Shown: positions 50,366 through 63,100 of the stretch, in pieces
Layout of the letters: each line of letters opens with the position of its first letter
Numbering within the stretch: position 1 is the first letter of the stretch
Source: Bradymonadia bacterium
Lineage (GTDB): Bacteria; Myxococcota_A; Bradymonadia; UBA7976; UBA1532
Assembly: GCA_046290225.1 (NCBI GenBank)
Contig: JBKAGE010000070.1
Span: 224,001 to 288,000 of the forward strand
DNA: 64,000 bases
Reading direction: 5' to 3'
The notes under the pieces: model-generated
Databases searched by the model: none
Seen by the model: the letters and a program-made list of their open reading frames with translations, nothing else
What the model was told of the DNA's origin: nothing
Made by a program: the position numbers and the translations under genes

Positions 50366-51547
50366 ATGTCCGCCCCCCTCGCTGGCTTCAAGATCCTCGA
50401 TCTCACGCGATTGTTGCCCGGGCCGTTGTGCAGCCTGCACCTTGCCGATCTCGGCGCCGAGGTCATCAAGATCGAAGACCCCTCCACAGGTGATCCCACT
50501 CGGGCCGACATCACAGGCCGTCAGGCCATGTCCACCTTGTTTCACTGCCTCAATCGCAACAAGCACGCGGTGGCCATCGATCTGCGCACGGCAGAAGGTG
50601 TGGAGATCTTCCTCACCCTCGCCGAGCAGGCGGACGCCATCATCGAAGGGTTCCGCCCTGGGGTGGTCGATCGATTGGGGGTGGGCTACGCAGCGGTGAA
50701 GGCCCGACGGGCCGACACTGTGTACGTGTCTCTCACGGGCTATGGCCAGGACGGCCCCTGGAAGCATCGCGCAGGGCACGACGTGAACTACGTGGCCACG
50801 GCAGGCATCCTAGACCAGCTCGGCGAGGCCGGCGGGCCGCCCATACTGCCCAACTTTCAGATCGCCGATCTCGCCGGGGGCGCGCTGAGCGCCACGGTGG
50901 CGGTGCTTGCCGCGCTGCTGCGCCGCTCGAGCAGTGGCGAGGGCAGCTACGTCGATGTGTCCATGACCGACTGCGCGCTGGCCCACGCGGTGATGCCTCT
51001 GGCCCAGATGTCGCTCTTCGGCGGTACACCCCCCAGAGGCCTCGACATCCTCACTGGGGGGCTGGCCTGCTACTCGATCTATCGCACCGCCGATGACCGA
51101 CACCTCGCCGTGGGCGCTCTGGAGCGCAAATTCTGGGACCAGGTCTGCGCAGGCTTGGGCCGAATGGATCTCGCCGATTTGCATCTCTCTCTGGGCCCCG
51201 CTGCGGTGGAGCTCAAAGCCACGGTGCAAGGCATCATCGGCGCTCAACCCCTGGCCCACTGGGCCGAGGTGTTCGAAGCCCTCGACGCCTGCGTCACGCC
51301 AGTGCTCACCCTCGAAGAGGCCATGACGCACCCTCAGCTGGCGGCCCGGCACATCTTCATCGAGCACACTGATCCCCGTGATGGGGTGATCAAACAGTTC
51401 GCAACCCCCTGGAAGTTCGCTGATCACGTCTTCAGCGTTCGCCGCTCGGCGCCGCCCCTCGGCGCGGACACCGAAGCTGTCTTGACGGCGGCAGGGATAG
51501 ACGCACCCACTCTGCACACACTCAAGGCCCGAGGCATCGTCCGCTGA
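50366..51547 (+). CDS. CaiB/BaiF family III CoA-transferase (AMACR-like)
   Basis: [43 protein letters not shown]. Confidence 0.92.
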   Translation: MSAPLAGFKILDLTRLLPGPLCSLHLADLGAEVIKIEDPSTGDPTRADITGRQAMSTLFHCLNRNKHAVAIDLRTAEGVEIFLTLAEQADAIIEGFRPGVVDRLGVGYAAVKARRADTVYVSLTGYGQDGPWKHRAGHDVNYVATAGILDQLGEAGGPPILPNFQIADLAGGALSATVAVLAALLRRSSSGEGSYVDVSMTDCALAHAVMPLAQMSLFGGTPPRGLDILTGGLACYSIYRTADDRHLAVGALERKFWDQVCAGLGRMDLADLHLSLGPAAVELKATVQGIIGAQPLAHWAEVFEALDACVTPVLTLEEAMTHPQLAARHIFIEHTDPRDGVIKQFATPWKFADHVFSVRRSAPPLGADTEAVLTAAGIDAPTLHTLKARGIVR

Positions 51548-51569
51548 GGGCCCCTGTTTTGGAGGCAGT

Positions 51570-52781
51570 ATGACCGAAGCGCTCATTTTCGACGCCGTCC
51601 GCACCCCACGAGGTCGGGGGAAAAAGACGGGATCTCTCGCAGAGGCCTCGCCGACGCAGCTGGCCACCACGGCCCTCACCGCGCTGCGGGATCGCCACGA
51701 TCTCGACACCGGCCTCGTCGACGACGTGATCCTCGGCTGTGTGGAGCCAGTGATGGATCAGGGCGCCAACATCGCCCGCACTGTGGCCCTCGCGGCGGGC
51801 TATGCCGAGCGCGTGGCCGGTGTGCAGGTGAACCGCTACTGCGGCTCGGGCCTCGAGGCGTGCAACCTCGCCGCAGCCCAGGTGGCCTCGGGCATGCACG
51901 ATCTGGTGGTGGCCGGCGGCGTAGAGTCGATGAGCCGGGTGCCCATGATGTCTTCTGGAGGGGCCTGGCCTGCAGATCCTCAGCTGGCGTTGCCCACCTA
52001 CTTCGTGCCTCAGGGCATCTCTGCCGATCTGATCGCCACCAAGTTCGGCTACAGCCGCGAAGATCTGGACGCATACGCCGTGGCCTCTCAAGACCGCGCA
52101 GCTCGGGCATGGTCGGAGGGCCGGTTCGAGGGCAGCGTGGTGCCGGTGAAAGACCAGAACGGGCTCACGATCCTCGACCGCGACGAGCACATGCGACCGG
52201 GGACCACGGTGGCCGATCTGGCCCGCCTGAACCCGTCCTTCCTGGGCATGGGCCAGATGATGCCGGGCTTCGACTTCGTCGCCCTGCAGCGCTATCCCGA
52301 GCTGGAGACCATCGAGCACCGCCACCACGCAGGGAACTCCAGCGGCATCGTCGACGGCGCCGCAGGTGTGCTCATCGGCACCCGCGAGGCCGGGGTCGCC
52401 GCGGGCCTGAAGCCCCGAGCACGGGTGAAGGCCGCCGCAGTGATGGGCACCGAGCCCACCATCATGCTCACAGGGCCGAGCTTCGCAGCGGAGAAAGCCC
52501 TGAAGCGGGCGGGCATGACCCCCAACGACATCGATCTCTGGGAGCTCAACGAAGCCTTCGCCGCCGTGGTGCTGCGCTTCATGGAGGCCATGCACGTCGA
52601 TCACTCGGTGATGAACGTGAACGGGGGCGCCATCGCCATGGGCCACCCCCTCGGGGCCACGGGGGCCATGATCCTGGGCACTCTGCTCGACGAGCTGGAG
52701 CGCCGCGACCTCTCTACGGGGCTGGTCACTCTCTGCATCGGTGCCGGGATGGGCATCGCAACCATCATCGAGCGGGTCTGA
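51570..52781 (+). CDS. fadA: acetyl-CoA C-acyltransferase (thiolase)
   Basis: [37 protein letters not shown]. Confidence 0.93.
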   Translation: MTEALIFDAVRTPRGRGKKTGSLAEASPTQLATTALTALRDRHDLDTGLVDDVILGCVEPVMDQGANIARTVALAAGYAERVAGVQVNRYCGSGLEACNLAAAQVASGMHDLVVAGGVESMSRVPMMSSGGAWPADPQLALPTYFVPQGISADLIATKFGYSREDLDAYAVASQDRAARAWSEGRFEGSVVPVKDQNGLTILDRDEHMRPGTTVADLARLNPSFLGMGQMMPGFDFVALQRYPELETIEHRHHAGNSSGIVDGAAGVLIGTREAGVAAGLKPRARVKAAAVMGTEPTIMLTGPSFAAEKALKRAGMTPNDIDLWELNEAFAAVVLRFMEAMHVDHSVMNVNGGAIAMGHPLGATGAMILGTLLDELERRDLSTGLVTLCIGAGMGIATIIERV

Positions 52782-52790
52782 GGAGGCGTG

Positions 52791-54929
52791 ATGTCCACGA
52801 TCATCGAGTACACAGTCGACGCCGACGGCATCGCCACGATCACCTGGTCCACCCCCGGGCCGGTGAACACCCTCTCCGAAGCCTCGATGTCGCAGTTCGC
52901 GGCGCACATGCAGAGCGCCCTCGACGACGAGGCGGTGAAGGGGGTGATCATCACCTCATCGAAGGCCGACTTCATCGCCGGGGCTGATCTGAGCATGTTG
53001 CTGACGATGCACGAGGCCGACGCCGCGAGCATCTTCGAGCAGACGATGCAAATGCACGCCCTGACCCGCAAGATGGAGACCACGGGCAAGCCGGTGGTGG
53101 CGGCCATCAACGGCACCGCCCTCGGCGGGGGCTACGAGATCGCCCTCGCCTGCCACCACCGCGTCGCCGCCGACCACCCCAAGATCAAGATCGGGCTGCC
53201 CGAGGTGAAGTTGGGCCTGCTCCCTGGAGGTGGAGGCTGCCAGCGTCTGCCCCGGCTGGTGGGCATTCAAGAGGCGATGACCCTGCTGACCCAGGGCCGT
53301 CAGCTCAATCCTCAGAAAGCCCTCGCCAAGGGCCTCGTCGACGCCGTGGTACCTGCAGAAGAGCTGCTCTCAGCTGCGAAGGCCTGGGCCCTGGCGAACC
53401 CTCAGGCGAGTCAGCCCTGGGACGAGAAGCGTTTCAAGATCCCTGGCGGAGGCGTGCAGACCCCGAAGGGGGTACAGACCTTCGTCGGCGCCAACGCCAT
53501 GCTGCGCAAGGAGACTTGGGGCAACTACCCGGCCCCCAAGGCGATCTTGAGCACGGTGTATCACGGCCTGCAGCTGCCCCTCGACACCGCCCTGCGCCAC
53601 GAGGCACGGGCCTTCACCTCGTTGGTGAAGGGCAAAGTGGCCAGGAACATGATCAGCACGCTGTTCTTCGGCCTCAACGATGCCAACAAGCTCAAGGGTC
53701 GCCCTGCTGACGTGCCCCGCGAGACCTTCGAGAAGATCGGCGTGCTCGGCGCCGGCATGATGGGGGCAGGCATCGCCTATCAGGCCGCCGTCAACGGTAT
53801 GCAGGTGGTGTTGCTCGATCGTGACCTCGCGTCGGCAGAGAAAGGTAAACAACACGCTGCAGACCTGCTGCGGAGCGCGGTGAACCGCAAGAAGACCACC
53901 GCCGAGGCGGCAGAGGCCACTCTGGGCCGCATCACCGCCACGGCGAGCTATGCAGATCTCGAAGGCTGCACGTTGGTGGTTGAGGCGGTCTTCGAAGATC
54001 GTGGCATCAAGGCCGACGTCACCGCGAAGACCGAGGCGGTGATCCCCGAGGGGGCCATCTTCGCTTCCAACACCTCGACGCTGCCCATCACCGGCCTCGC
54101 GGAGGCGAGCATCCGCCCGGAGCAGTTCATCGGGCTGCACTTCTTCTCACCGGTGCACAAGATGCCCCTGGTGGAGATCATCGTCGGCGCCCGAACCTCC
54201 GACGCCACCCTGGCTCGATCCATGGACTTCGTGAAGGCCCTCAAAAAGACCCCCATCGTGGTGAACGACAGCCGGGGCTTCTTTACCAGCAGGGTCTTCG
54301 CCACCTATGTGCAAGAAGGCATCGCCATGGTGGCAGAGGGGGTGAGCCCTGCGTTGATCGAGCACGGCGGCCGCCTCGCAGGTATGCCTGTGGGCCCGCT
54401 GGCCCTCGCTGACGAGGTCTCTCTGGAGCTGATGCTGCGCATCGCCCGGCAGACCCGGGCTGATCTCGGGGACGACGCCCCGAGTCACCCGGCCCTCGCC
54501 GTGGCAGATCGCCTCGCCGGTGAAGACGGCCTGGGTCGTGTGGGCAAGAAGGCGAAGGCGGGTTTCTATGAGTACCCCGCAGGCGAAAACAAGCGCCTGT
54601 GGTCGGGCCTCGCGGAGCACTTCCCGCTGGCAGACGTGCAGCCCGATCTCGACACGGTGAAGCGCCGACTGCTGCACATTCAGGCCATCGAGTCCACCCG
54701 CTGCCTCGAAGAAGGTGTGCTCCGTGCACCGGTCGACGCCGACATCGGCTCGATCCTGGGCTGGGGCTTCTGCCCATTCCACGGCGGCGTGATTCGCTAC
54801 ATCGACACGGTGGGTGTACGGACCCTCGTGGGGGAGTGCAACGCCCTCGCCGAGACCTGTGGGCCACGCTTTGCGCCGCCAGCTTCTCTGGTGCAGATGG
54901 CTGAGTCCGGCGAGCGCTTCTACAGCTGA
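52791..54929 (+). CDS. fadB: fatty-acid oxidation multifunctional enzyme alpha subunit (enoyl-CoA hydratase/3-hydroxyacyl-CoA dehydrogenase)
   Basis: [43 protein letters not shown]. Confidence 0.93.
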   Translation: MSTIIEYTVDADGIATITWSTPGPVNTLSEASMSQFAAHMQSALDDEAVKGVIITSSKADFIAGADLSMLLTMHEADAASIFEQTMQMHALTRKMETTGKPVVAAINGTALGGGYEIALACHHRVAADHPKIKIGLPEVKLGLLPGGGGCQRLPRLVGIQEAMTLLTQGRQLNPQKALAKGLVDAVVPAEELLSAAKAWALANPQASQPWDEKRFKIPGGGVQTPKGVQTFVGANAMLRKETWGNYPAPKAILSTVYHGLQLPLDTALRHEARAFTSLVKGKVARNMISTLFFGLNDANKLKGRPADVPRETFEKIGVLGAGMMGAGIAYQAAVNGMQVVLLDRDLASAEKGKQHAADLLRSAVNRKKTTAEAAEATLGRITATASYADLEGCTLVVEAVFEDRGIKADVTAKTEAVIPEGAIFASNTSTLPITGLAEASIRPEQFIGLHFFSPVHKMPLVEIIVGARTSDATLARSMDFVKALKKTPIVVNDSRGFFTSRVFATYVQEGIAMVAEGVSPALIEHGGRLAGMPVGPLALADEVSLELMLRIARQTRADLGDDAPSHPALAVADRLAGEDGLGRVGKKAKAGFYEYPAGENKRLWSGLAEHFPLADVQPDLDTVKRRLLHIQAIESTRCLEEGVLRAPVDADIGSILGWGFCPFHGGVIRYIDTVGVRTLVGECNALAETCGPRFAPPASLVQMAESGERFYS

Positions 54930-54950
54930 CGCGTCAGCCTATCCAGAGGG

Positions 54951-56414
54951 CTACGTCTGCGACTCGTGGAACTCACCGCTCGGGTGCTGAGTCATCACCT
55001 CAGGATCCCCTCGGTAGCCCCCGTAGTCGATGTCGTACTCTTCACACAGTCGATAGAGCTTTCGGCGATCGATCCCCATCACCGCCGCGGCGGCCTTCAT
55101 CACCCCCTGAGTCTCCTTGAGCACCGCGATCACAGTGTCTGCGTCGGGCTTGCCGACGCTCGGAGGCACCGAGACCATGGGCACCCGTGAATGCAGAGGG
55201 TTGCGGCGGGCCGTGCGCCGGCCGCTGCTGAGCTCTTCGCTGAGATGCTTGGCCTCCAGGGTATATGCGCCCTCGCACTCCAGCAGCGCAGTGCCGATGG
55301 CCATGCGCAGCCCGCGCAGGTTGTCGGACCAGTTGTGGATCAAGAGACACTCGGCAAACCCTGCGTTCCAACGTGGTGCCTGCAACTCGAAACGCTGGGC
55401 CTCTTCGTGGATGAAGGTCCGGGCCCACGACAGGATGTCTTCCCGCCGCTCGCGCAATGGAGGCAAGCGCACGGGTGCCACGGGGGCCCGCAGCCGGGCG
55501 AGCAGATCTTGTCTGAACTGCCCGTCCGCCACAGCCTGCTCGAGAGGCACATTGGTGGCGGCCACCACCCGCACATCGGCATGCAACTGGCCCTCACCGC
55601 CCACCCTGCGGTAGCCACCATCTTGAAGGAACCGGATGAGCTCTACTTGCACCTCGGCGTCGAGATCACCGATCTCGTCGAGGAACAAGGTGCCTTGATG
55701 CGCTTGGGTGACGAGGCCGTGCTGTCGTGTCTTTGCATCGGTGTAAGCGCCTGCCTCCCGGCCGAAGAGCTCCGCTCGGCTCACCCCTCGGGTGAGCTCT
55801 CCACAGTTCACCGGCACAAAAGCGCCGCCGGGTTTACCGGCCATCTCGTGTACCGCCCGCGCAGCGAATTCCTTGCCCGTCCCCGTCTCGCCGAGAATCA
55901 ACAACGGCACCCTGTGACGCGCGATCTGGTGAATGCGTTTGCGGGCATACACGATCTTCGGAGCATGCCCTGGGAGGAACGGATCAGACCACGGCCCTTC
56001 GTGGGGGTCAGAGTCCCGATAGATGAGCAGACTGTCACCCACGCGAATCACATCACCGTCTCGCAGACTCACCCACTGCTTGGGCACCGGGCGGCCGTTG
56101 AGGAAGCTCCCGTTTCGAGACTCGAGATCACGGATCGTGGTCCCGCTCAGGCGGCGGTTGATGTGCAGGTGCTTCCGCGAGATCCCCCGATCGGGGAGAA
56201 CAATCGTCTGATGCTCGAGTGAGTGTCCGGAAGACCGGCCAAGCACGTATTCACCGTAGCGAAGAGTGAACGCTACGCCCTCGTCGACGCCATCTGCCCG
56301 ATGGACCACTCGCAGATGCCCCACAGAAGGGCCCTCTGGCGTCATCTGCTCGACGAGCGAGTCATAATGCTCGATCGTCTCCTGAGTTTCTGTGGCTTTG
56401 TGCTGACTACTCAT
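54951..56414 (-). CDS. FHA-domain sigma54 enhancer-binding protein
   Basis: FHA motifs (GR, SRKH, DLESRNGSFLNG); GETGTGKE; GAYTDA; LFLDEIG; Fis-like HTH. Confidence 0.92.
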   Translation of the reverse strand: MSSQHKATETQETIEHYDSLVEQMTPEGPSVGHLRVVHRADGVDEGVAFTLRYGEYVLGRSSGHSLEHQTIVLPDRGISRKHLHINRRLSGTTIRDLESRNGSFLNGRPVPKQWVSLRDGDVIRVGDSLLIYRDSDPHEGPWSDPFLPGHAPKIVYARKRIHQIARHRVPLLILGETGTGKEFAARAVHEMAGKPGGAFVPVNCGELTRGVSRAELFGREAGAYTDAKTRQHGLVTQAHQGTLFLDEIGDLDAEVQVELIRFLQDGGYRRVGGEGQLHADVRVVAATNVPLEQAVADGQFRQDLLARLRAPVAPVRLPPLRERREDILSWARTFIHEEAQRFELQAPRWNAGFAECLLIHNWSDNLRGLRMAIGTALLECEGAYTLEAKHLSEELSSGRRTARRNPLHSRVPMVSVPPSVGKPDADTVIAVLKETQGVMKAAAAVMGIDRRKLYRLCEEYDIDYGGYRGDPEVMTQHPSGEFHESQT

Positions 56415-56550
56415 ATGCTCCCCGCAACGCTCAAGCTTCTGAAACTATCACACCGTTTCTTACATTGTGAATGACGTGCATGGCTTCACGTGCCTTTTCG
56501 GCACACTTTCTCTAACCTTCTGCAGCTGAAACGACGTCAACAGGCTCAGT

Positions 56551-59500
56551 GTGACACGCAATTCGTCCGATTCTGCATCCATCAAGCGCTCCTCTGCCGC
56601 GCACAGCGTCAGCACCGAGACCTTGACGCCCTCCATCGACTCTGCAGAAGCCAGTGACGAGCATCGCCAAGCATCGGTTCGTCTTCAGCCCGGCACACGC
56701 CTTGGTGACTTCGAGGTAAAGCAAGAGATAGGCCATGGCGGTGGCGGCCGGGTCTACCTCGCCCTCGACACCGTGCTCGAGCGCCAGGTGGCCCTCAAAC
56801 TGCTTCGGCGTGATCTGATCGACATCACCCGTGTGCAGGTGTTCCTGAACGAAGCCCGCACCACAGCGCGATTCCATCACCCCCACGTGGTGATGGTGCA
56901 CAGCGCGCAACTCTATCAGAACACCCCCTATCTGGTGCTTGAGTACCTCGACGGCGGCTCGCTGCGGGATCGTCTGCGCGACGGCCCCCTGCCCGTGGCC
57001 GAGGCCATGTCCATCGGCCTCGCCATCGCCAGCGTGCTCGGCGCAGCCCACGAGCGAGGGATCCTGCACTGCGATCTCAAGCCGGAGAACATCGTGTTCT
57101 CCGGTGACGGCGTGGCCAAAGTGGTGGACTTCGGGCTTACCGCCGCCATCGGTGATCCAGTGCGTCGCCGCCTCGTGGGCACGCCGGCCTATATGTCGCC
57201 AGAGCAATGGCGACAAGAGTCGCTGATGCCCGCCTCAGATGTCTGGGCCCTGTCTGTTCTGCTCTACGAGATGTTTGCTGGACATCGGCCATATGAGCGG
57301 GCGGACTTGATCCCCCTGCCGCCGGTGGACCCACACCCCGACATCCCTCCGGCGCTCATGGATCTCATCGAAGAAGGCCTCAGCGTCGAGATCAGCCATC
57401 GGCCAGACGCCCGTGTCTTCGAGGCCACCCTCGACGGCCTGCTCGCCGAGCGTCACCTGCAATCGGTTCTGCAAGAGAAAGGGCAGATCCTCGGTCGCGG
57501 CCCGGAGCAGGCAAAGCTGCGCCGTGCCGTCGAACGCATGACGCTCGGTGTTGGCTCGGTGACTGTCATCGAAGGCAACGCCGGCCTGGGCAAGAGCCTC
57601 TTGCTCACAGATTTCGTCGCGTGGGCCCAGGGGAGAGGGCACCGTGTGCTCACAGGTGTCGCCGAGGTGTTGTCCCAGGGCACCCCCTATCTGCCATGGC
57701 GGCGGGTGATCTCATCGCTGCTCTGCGACACCCACATGCCCACCGTAGAAGAGCTCAAACAGGGTCTGCAGAGCCGGGCCCCTCAGGGGCTCCAACATCA
57801 GCTCGCCCTCTTCAACGCCGTGATCCCCCTCGGGCTTGACGAAGGCCCTGATCTCGGAGCCAAACGGGCATCGACCCAAGGCGAGATCACGCACCGGTTC
57901 CTCGTCGACCTGCTCGACGCCCTCTGCCCGGAGCCGGTGATCATCGTGCTCGACGACTGCCACTGGATGGACTCTTCCTCCTGGCGGCTCATTCGGCATG
58001 TGGCAGAGCAGCTGCCTCACCTGATGCTGGTGTTGTTCACCCGACCCATGTTGCCCGCGCCTGAGGAGATGGAGGCGCTCAAGCGCCTCGAGCACATGGA
58101 GATCATCTCTCTGCCCCCTCTCTCGCCAGAGATCATCCGCCAACTGGTGGCCACCCGCATGGGCAATGGCCCTGGGGCTGATCTCGTGGCCGATCGCGTG
58201 GTGGAGCGGGCCGACGGCAACCCTTTGTTCGCCGAGGCCCTCATCGACGTTGTGCATCCATCACGCAATCTCTCGGAAGACCCCCACACGGTCAGTCAGG
58301 CGATCCGTACCCACATCAGGGGACTGCCACCGGTGGCCGAGCGGGTACTCAAGCAGGCCAGCGTCATCGGACACCGTTTCTCTCGCCTGTTCCTCGCGGC
58401 GGTGTATCACACGCCCGGAGAGCTGGCGCCGGGCCTCGAGGCCCTGATCAAGAACCGCCTCCTGGTACCCACCTCAGGCGACGAGCTGGCGTTCTATCAC
58501 GCCATCACCCGAGAGGCCGCTTACGCCCTCCTGGGCCCTCAAGAGCGCGCCATGGCCCACCGGGCCGTAGGCCTGAAGCTCGAGATGGAGCCCGAGCAGA
58601 GGTGGGCACAGCTGGCCCATCACTGGGATCAGGCGGGCGATGAAGCCCGGGCACTCAAGTACGCCGATGCAGCTGGGCAGCGTGCCCTCAAAGAGGGTGC
58701 CTGGGCCGAAGCGCAGCGCTTCTTCACACGGGCGCTGGAGCTGATGCCCGACGGCACCCACTACGCAGCACAGCGCGCAGAGTGTCACGAGCGTCTGTGT
58801 GCCGCAGCCTATGGCCTCGGCGATCTGCCCACGGTGGAGCTGCACGCCCGCCAGATCCTCGATCGCCCGGAGCCCGAGGGGCCTGTCTCCCGGGTGCTCT
58901 CTGTGTTGGTGAAAGGGGCGCAGCTCTACTGGCGGCTGCGACATCCAGCCCGGCAGATGCCCGCTCAAGCGGCGACGACTCGCAAACAGCTCGCCCGCAC
59001 TCGCGCCTGGTCCCACCTCGGTGGGGTGTACTGGTTCAACAACCGTGGGTTGCCCACCCTGCACGCGCTGATCAGAGCACTGGAGACCGCTGAGCCTCTC
59101 GGCGGCTCGAAAGAGCAGGCCGCCGCCTGCGCAGAGCTCGGAGCGGGGCTGAGCTTCAGCGGATTTCATCGGATCGGGCCGTGGCTGCTCAAACGCGGTC
59201 GTCAGCAAGCCGCCGCCTATGGCGGGCCGCTTTCGGTGGCGTACGGTCATATGTTCGAGGGCATCTATCGCACAGGCCTAGGTGAGTGGCCCGACGCCCA
59301 GGCCCACATCGAACGCGCCCAGTCGATCTACGAGCCTGTGGGCGATCTGTATGGGTGGTGCAACTGCCAGGTGGTCCGCTTCTGGTGCCACCTGTACCAG
59401 GGTGAATTCAAGCAGGCCGAGACCGCCATCAAGGCCCTGCTCAAAGGGGCCCGGCGCACCGGCAACCGTCAGCACGAAATGTGGGCCCTGCGCAGCACGG

Positions 59501-60048
59501 CCATCACCAAACTGCGCCGCGGCGACTCTGCCGAGGCCCTCGCCGATCTCGAAGTGGCGCTGGGGCTCATGGAGAGCCCCCACCGCGCAGAGCGTGTGCC
59601 CACTCTGGGTGCACTCGCCCTCGCCCATATGATGCAGGGTGAGCGCCCCCAGGCTCTCGAGCACGCTCGGGCCGCCATCGCTGCGGCGCAGGGCCGTCGC
59701 CCCACCTCTCATGCGCTGCTCGAGGGATGCGCAGCGGTGGTCCAGGTCACCCTGGTGGCCAGGGCCGAAGGGTGGTCGGGCACAGGCCTCGACACGCTCA
59801 CCAGCAGGGCCCACGCGCTGATGAAGAGTTATGCCAGGGCGTTCCCCATCGGCCGGAGCAGATGGTGCCTGCTGCAGGGCGCTCATGCTCATCAGAGCGG
59901 GCGTCCACGCAAAGCCGAGCGCCACTGGCGCCGGGGCCACCGTTTCGCCCTTCAGATGGGTATGCAGCAGGAGGCGAAGTGGCTCAAGGCATGTATTTCA
60001 GGCCAACCCCCCGAGATGCGCCATCTGACCCTGATAACCCCTCCCTGA
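56551..60048 (+). CDS. Ser/Thr kinase with AAA/STAND-like NTPase and TPR regions
   Basis: GHGGGGRVY, VALK, HCDLKPEN, DFG, SPE; GNAGLGKS; IIVLDDCHW; GNPLF; TPR-like helices; start uncertain. Confidence 0.9.
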   Translation: MTRNSSDSASIKRSSAAHSVSTETLTPSIDSAEASDEHRQASVRLQPGTRLGDFEVKQEIGHGGGGRVYLALDTVLERQVALKLLRRDLIDITRVQVFLNEARTTARFHHPHVVMVHSAQLYQNTPYLVLEYLDGGSLRDRLRDGPLPVAEAMSIGLAIASVLGAAHERGILHCDLKPENIVFSGDGVAKVVDFGLTAAIGDPVRRRLVGTPAYMSPEQWRQESLMPASDVWALSVLLYEMFAGHRPYERADLIPLPPVDPHPDIPPALMDLIEEGLSVEISHRPDARVFEATLDGLLAERHLQSVLQEKGQILGRGPEQAKLRRAVERMTLGVGSVTVIEGNAGLGKSLLLTDFVAWAQGRGHRVLTGVAEVLSQGTPYLPWRRVISSLLCDTHMPTVEELKQGLQSRAPQGLQHQLALFNAVIPLGLDEGPDLGAKRASTQGEITHRFLVDLLDALCPEPVIIVLDDCHWMDSSSWRLIRHVAEQLPHLMLVLFTRPMLPAPEEMEALKRLEHMEIISLPPLSPEIIRQLVATRMGNGPGADLVADRVVERADGNPLFAEALIDVVHPSRNLSEDPHTVSQAIRTHIRGLPPVAERVLKQASVIGHRFSRLFLAAVYHTPGELAPGLEALIKNRLLVPTSGDELAFYHAITREAAYALLGPQERAMAHRAVGLKLEMEPEQRWAQLAHHWDQAGDEARALKYADAAGQRALKEGAWAEAQRFFTRALELMPDGTHYAAQRAECHERLCAAAYGLGDLPTVELHARQILDRPEPEGPVSRVLSVLVKGAQLYWRLRHPARQMPAQAATTRKQLARTRAWSHLGGVYWFNNRGLPTLHALIRALETAEPLGGSKEQAAACAELGAGLSFSGFHRIGPWLLKRGRQQAAAYGGPLSVAYGHMFEGIYRTGLGEWPDAQAHIERAQSIYEPVGDLYGWCNCQVVRFWCHLYQGEFKQAETAIKALLKGARRTGNRQHEMWALRSTAITKLRRGDSAEALADLEVALGLMESPHRAERVPTLGALALAHMMQGERPQALEHARAAIAAAQGRRPTSHALLEGCAAVVQVTLVARAEGWSGTGLDTLTSRAHALMKSYARAFPIGRSRWCLLQGAHAHQSGRPRKAERHWRRGHRFALQMGMQQEAKWLKACISGQPPEMRHLTLITPP

Positions 60049-60158
60049 CCATCTGATGACGCATCGCGCAGTGCGTTCACACGGTATGGTGGTGTTGGGG
60101 GTTGTCACTCAGTGTGTCCCTATGAAACACTCCATCATGTGCATGACATGGGGGTGGT

Positions 60159-63100
60159 ATGAACGGCGAACAGGCTGGCGTGTCGGCAGATGCTCATGTC
60201 CCCGTCGAACACAAAGAAAACATCGTCATTGGCTCTGGGTTTGGTGGGGCAGTCACAGCGCTCCGCCTCACTGAGGCACTGCTCGATGTGTGTTTGCTCG
60301 AGCGGGGCCGCCGGTACGAAAAGGGCGACTTCCCCCGCCCATTCCAAAGAGACAACGAGGGCCTCAGACAGAAGTTCCGACTTGATCGAATGCTCTGGCA
60401 GATCGATCACGGCCTGCTCGACAGCCGTATGCTCGGTGACATGTCCACGTTGGTCGGCGCCGGATATGGGGGGGGCTCTCTCATCTATGCCAATGTGCAC
60501 ATGCGCCCACCGGCCGATCTCTTCAAGACAGATGCGTGGAAGCCCACAGGGCTCAACCCCACAGTGCTCGCCCCCTACTTCGACCGTGTGGAGCGTATCC
60601 TCGACGTCCAACCGGCCCCTGAAGACCTGCCTACAGAAGGCGGCGGTCGGCGCACGATCGACAAGACCGATGTGTTTCTCAGTGCAGTGAAGGGGCGCAC
60701 CGCCTTCAAGCCCAACCTCGCCGTCCGCTTCGGCGAGCCCACCGCGTCCAATGACTTCAACCGATCACAGGGCACCTGTGTCGGGTGTGGTGGGTGCAAC
60801 TTTGGCTGCCAGTATCACGCCAAGAACACACTCGACCTCAACTACCTCGCCGCAGCAGAAGACAGCGGTCACCTCGAGGTACGCACCCTCGCCGAGGTCC
60901 ACCGGATCGAGCAGGTCGATCCGAAGAATCGACCAGAGGACGCTCACCTCGACGCCCGCGCTCGATACCTCGTGGTGTACGTCGATCACCTTGCAGGCGG
61001 GGAGATGCGCACGCTGTCAGCACAACGTGTGTTTATCTGTGCAGGCGCTGTGGGCAGCACGGAGCTGCTCCTGAGATCACAGCGTGCTCAGGCAGGCCGC
61101 CTGCCTCACCGACAGCTCACGGGCCTCAGCGATCGCCTCGGACACAACTTCGCCGGTAACGCCGACGCTCTGGGTCTGGTGGTACAGACAGAGAAGGCTG
61201 CCGATCCGAACTTCGGCCCTGTGATCACGGCCACGACGGTCTACGACGGTCGCGTGCACAGCCGCACCCCCCAGGAGTATCTCCCGAAGAAGGCGCCTGA
61301 CGCCTTTGAGGACTACCTGTCTCCAGAAGCGCTCGAGCGACACCAGGCGGGCAAGCCCGCAGGCGAGCCACCCAACTTGGGCGAAGCGCAGCCAGGTGAT
61401 CCGATCGAGCCTGTGTGGTCACTGCTCCAAGATGGGGGCTTTCTCCAAGGATACGGCGCCTTCTTCGAACTGCTCGCTCAGGCGTGGTGGGTAGAAGAAG
61501 GCAAGGAGGTGAGCATCTGGCAGGAGGGGGTGAGCGAGCGTCTGGGCCGACGGTTCGAGCACCTCAAGGCGTGGACCGAGAGCGTCGTGCGACGCCGTCC
61601 ACGGCCAGAGTCACCCCGGGGGCCGATCCGTCTCGGCGCCCTCACGGACTTTGCCGGGGGCCCTGCTGGTCCCGATCTCGGCTTCGAGCTCTCGGACCAC
61701 CTCAAGCAGTTCCCCGCTCAGGTGCGCGATCAGATCGTGCGCCTCTTCGTGGCCCAGGTCCTCAGCCACACAGGCATTGAAGATTTACTGCCTCTGGGCT
61801 TCGCACGAAGCGCCCTCACCCGTCAGCTTTCTCCAGCGGCTTTGAGCCAGTGGGCTGCCGATCTCGCCCACTTCTGCCTCGACCCCGAGCAGGACCGCGC
61901 CGACCGAGCAGTGTTCCTCGCCATGGGCCGGGATCTCGCACTCGGACGCCTCTGGCTCCACCCTGAAAACCCTTCGTCCCCACCGGCCAAAGGCGCCTGG
62001 CGAGCCACACCGCGTCTGCAGCTGACCACAGATCTCAACCACAACCGCGTGGTCTATCACACGCAAGAGCGGTTGATGCGAGACACCGCCGAAGCCATGG
62101 GCGGTCAGCTGCGGGTGAACCCGATGTGGTCCACCCTGCGCACACCGATCACGGTGCACGCTCAAGGAGGGTGCGTCATGGCGGCCTCACCCAAGGATGG
62201 CGTGGTGGATCTCAACGGTCAGGTTCATGGTCACGAGGATCTCTATGTGCTCGATGGCGCGATTTTCCCCGGGCCTGTGGGCGTGAACCCCTCCCACACC
62301 ATCGCCGCCATTGCTGAGCACCACATCGAGCACATCATCCGTGGCATCGGCACGGCACAACGACCAGAGGCGCCGCTGGGCTCCAAGCCGCTCTCTACAA
62401 CACGTCCAGATCCAGCGAAGTCCCGCCCTGAGGATTGGACGATCCCCAAACCCTATCCCCTGCTCTCGCCAGAAGCCTCCACCGGGGTGAAGTACCCCGA
62501 CGTACTCACGGGCTTCATCGCCCAAGGAGGCAGCGGCTTCGATCACACCAAACCCATGACACCGACGCGGTTGGCGAAGTTCAACCCTGACCCTTTCCGC
62601 ATCGGCGAGCAGGAGGGGCAAGGCGAGAGCGATTTCACGCATCGGCTCACCCTGAACCTGACGCTCGAGATCCCCGACATCGATCTCTTCATCGATCCGC
62701 GGCCTCGCATCTCGGCGAGCAAGATCAACGAGCGCGTCGCCCTTCAAGGGATCGCCAACGGTCATGTAGAGCTTCTGTCGTGTAAAACGACCGAAGGCAC
62801 GCAAACCGCTCTGCAATCAAAGGTCGAAGGCACCTTCCTCATGCGGGCCCTCGATCCTGTAGATCCACCTCCAAAGCGCACGAGTCTGCCCCTGAGCTTG
62901 ATCCCCGAGCCCACGGGGGGTCGCCGGACGATGGAGTACACCCTCCGCTGGACCTTCCCCAAAGGCGCTCACCCCGACTTCGCCGGGCGCTCGGTCATTT
63001 TGAGAGGCCTCAAGACGCTCTACAGCACCCCAGGGCTCGACCTGATCTCCGACTTCTCCACGCTCTATGCCTCTCTCGAGGAGGTGCCTCCCAGAGGACA

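Noticed and set aside
56415..56550. sigma54 promoter between the FHA-bEBP and the kinase
   Set aside because: GGCAC elements are present but have no correctly spaced -12 GC
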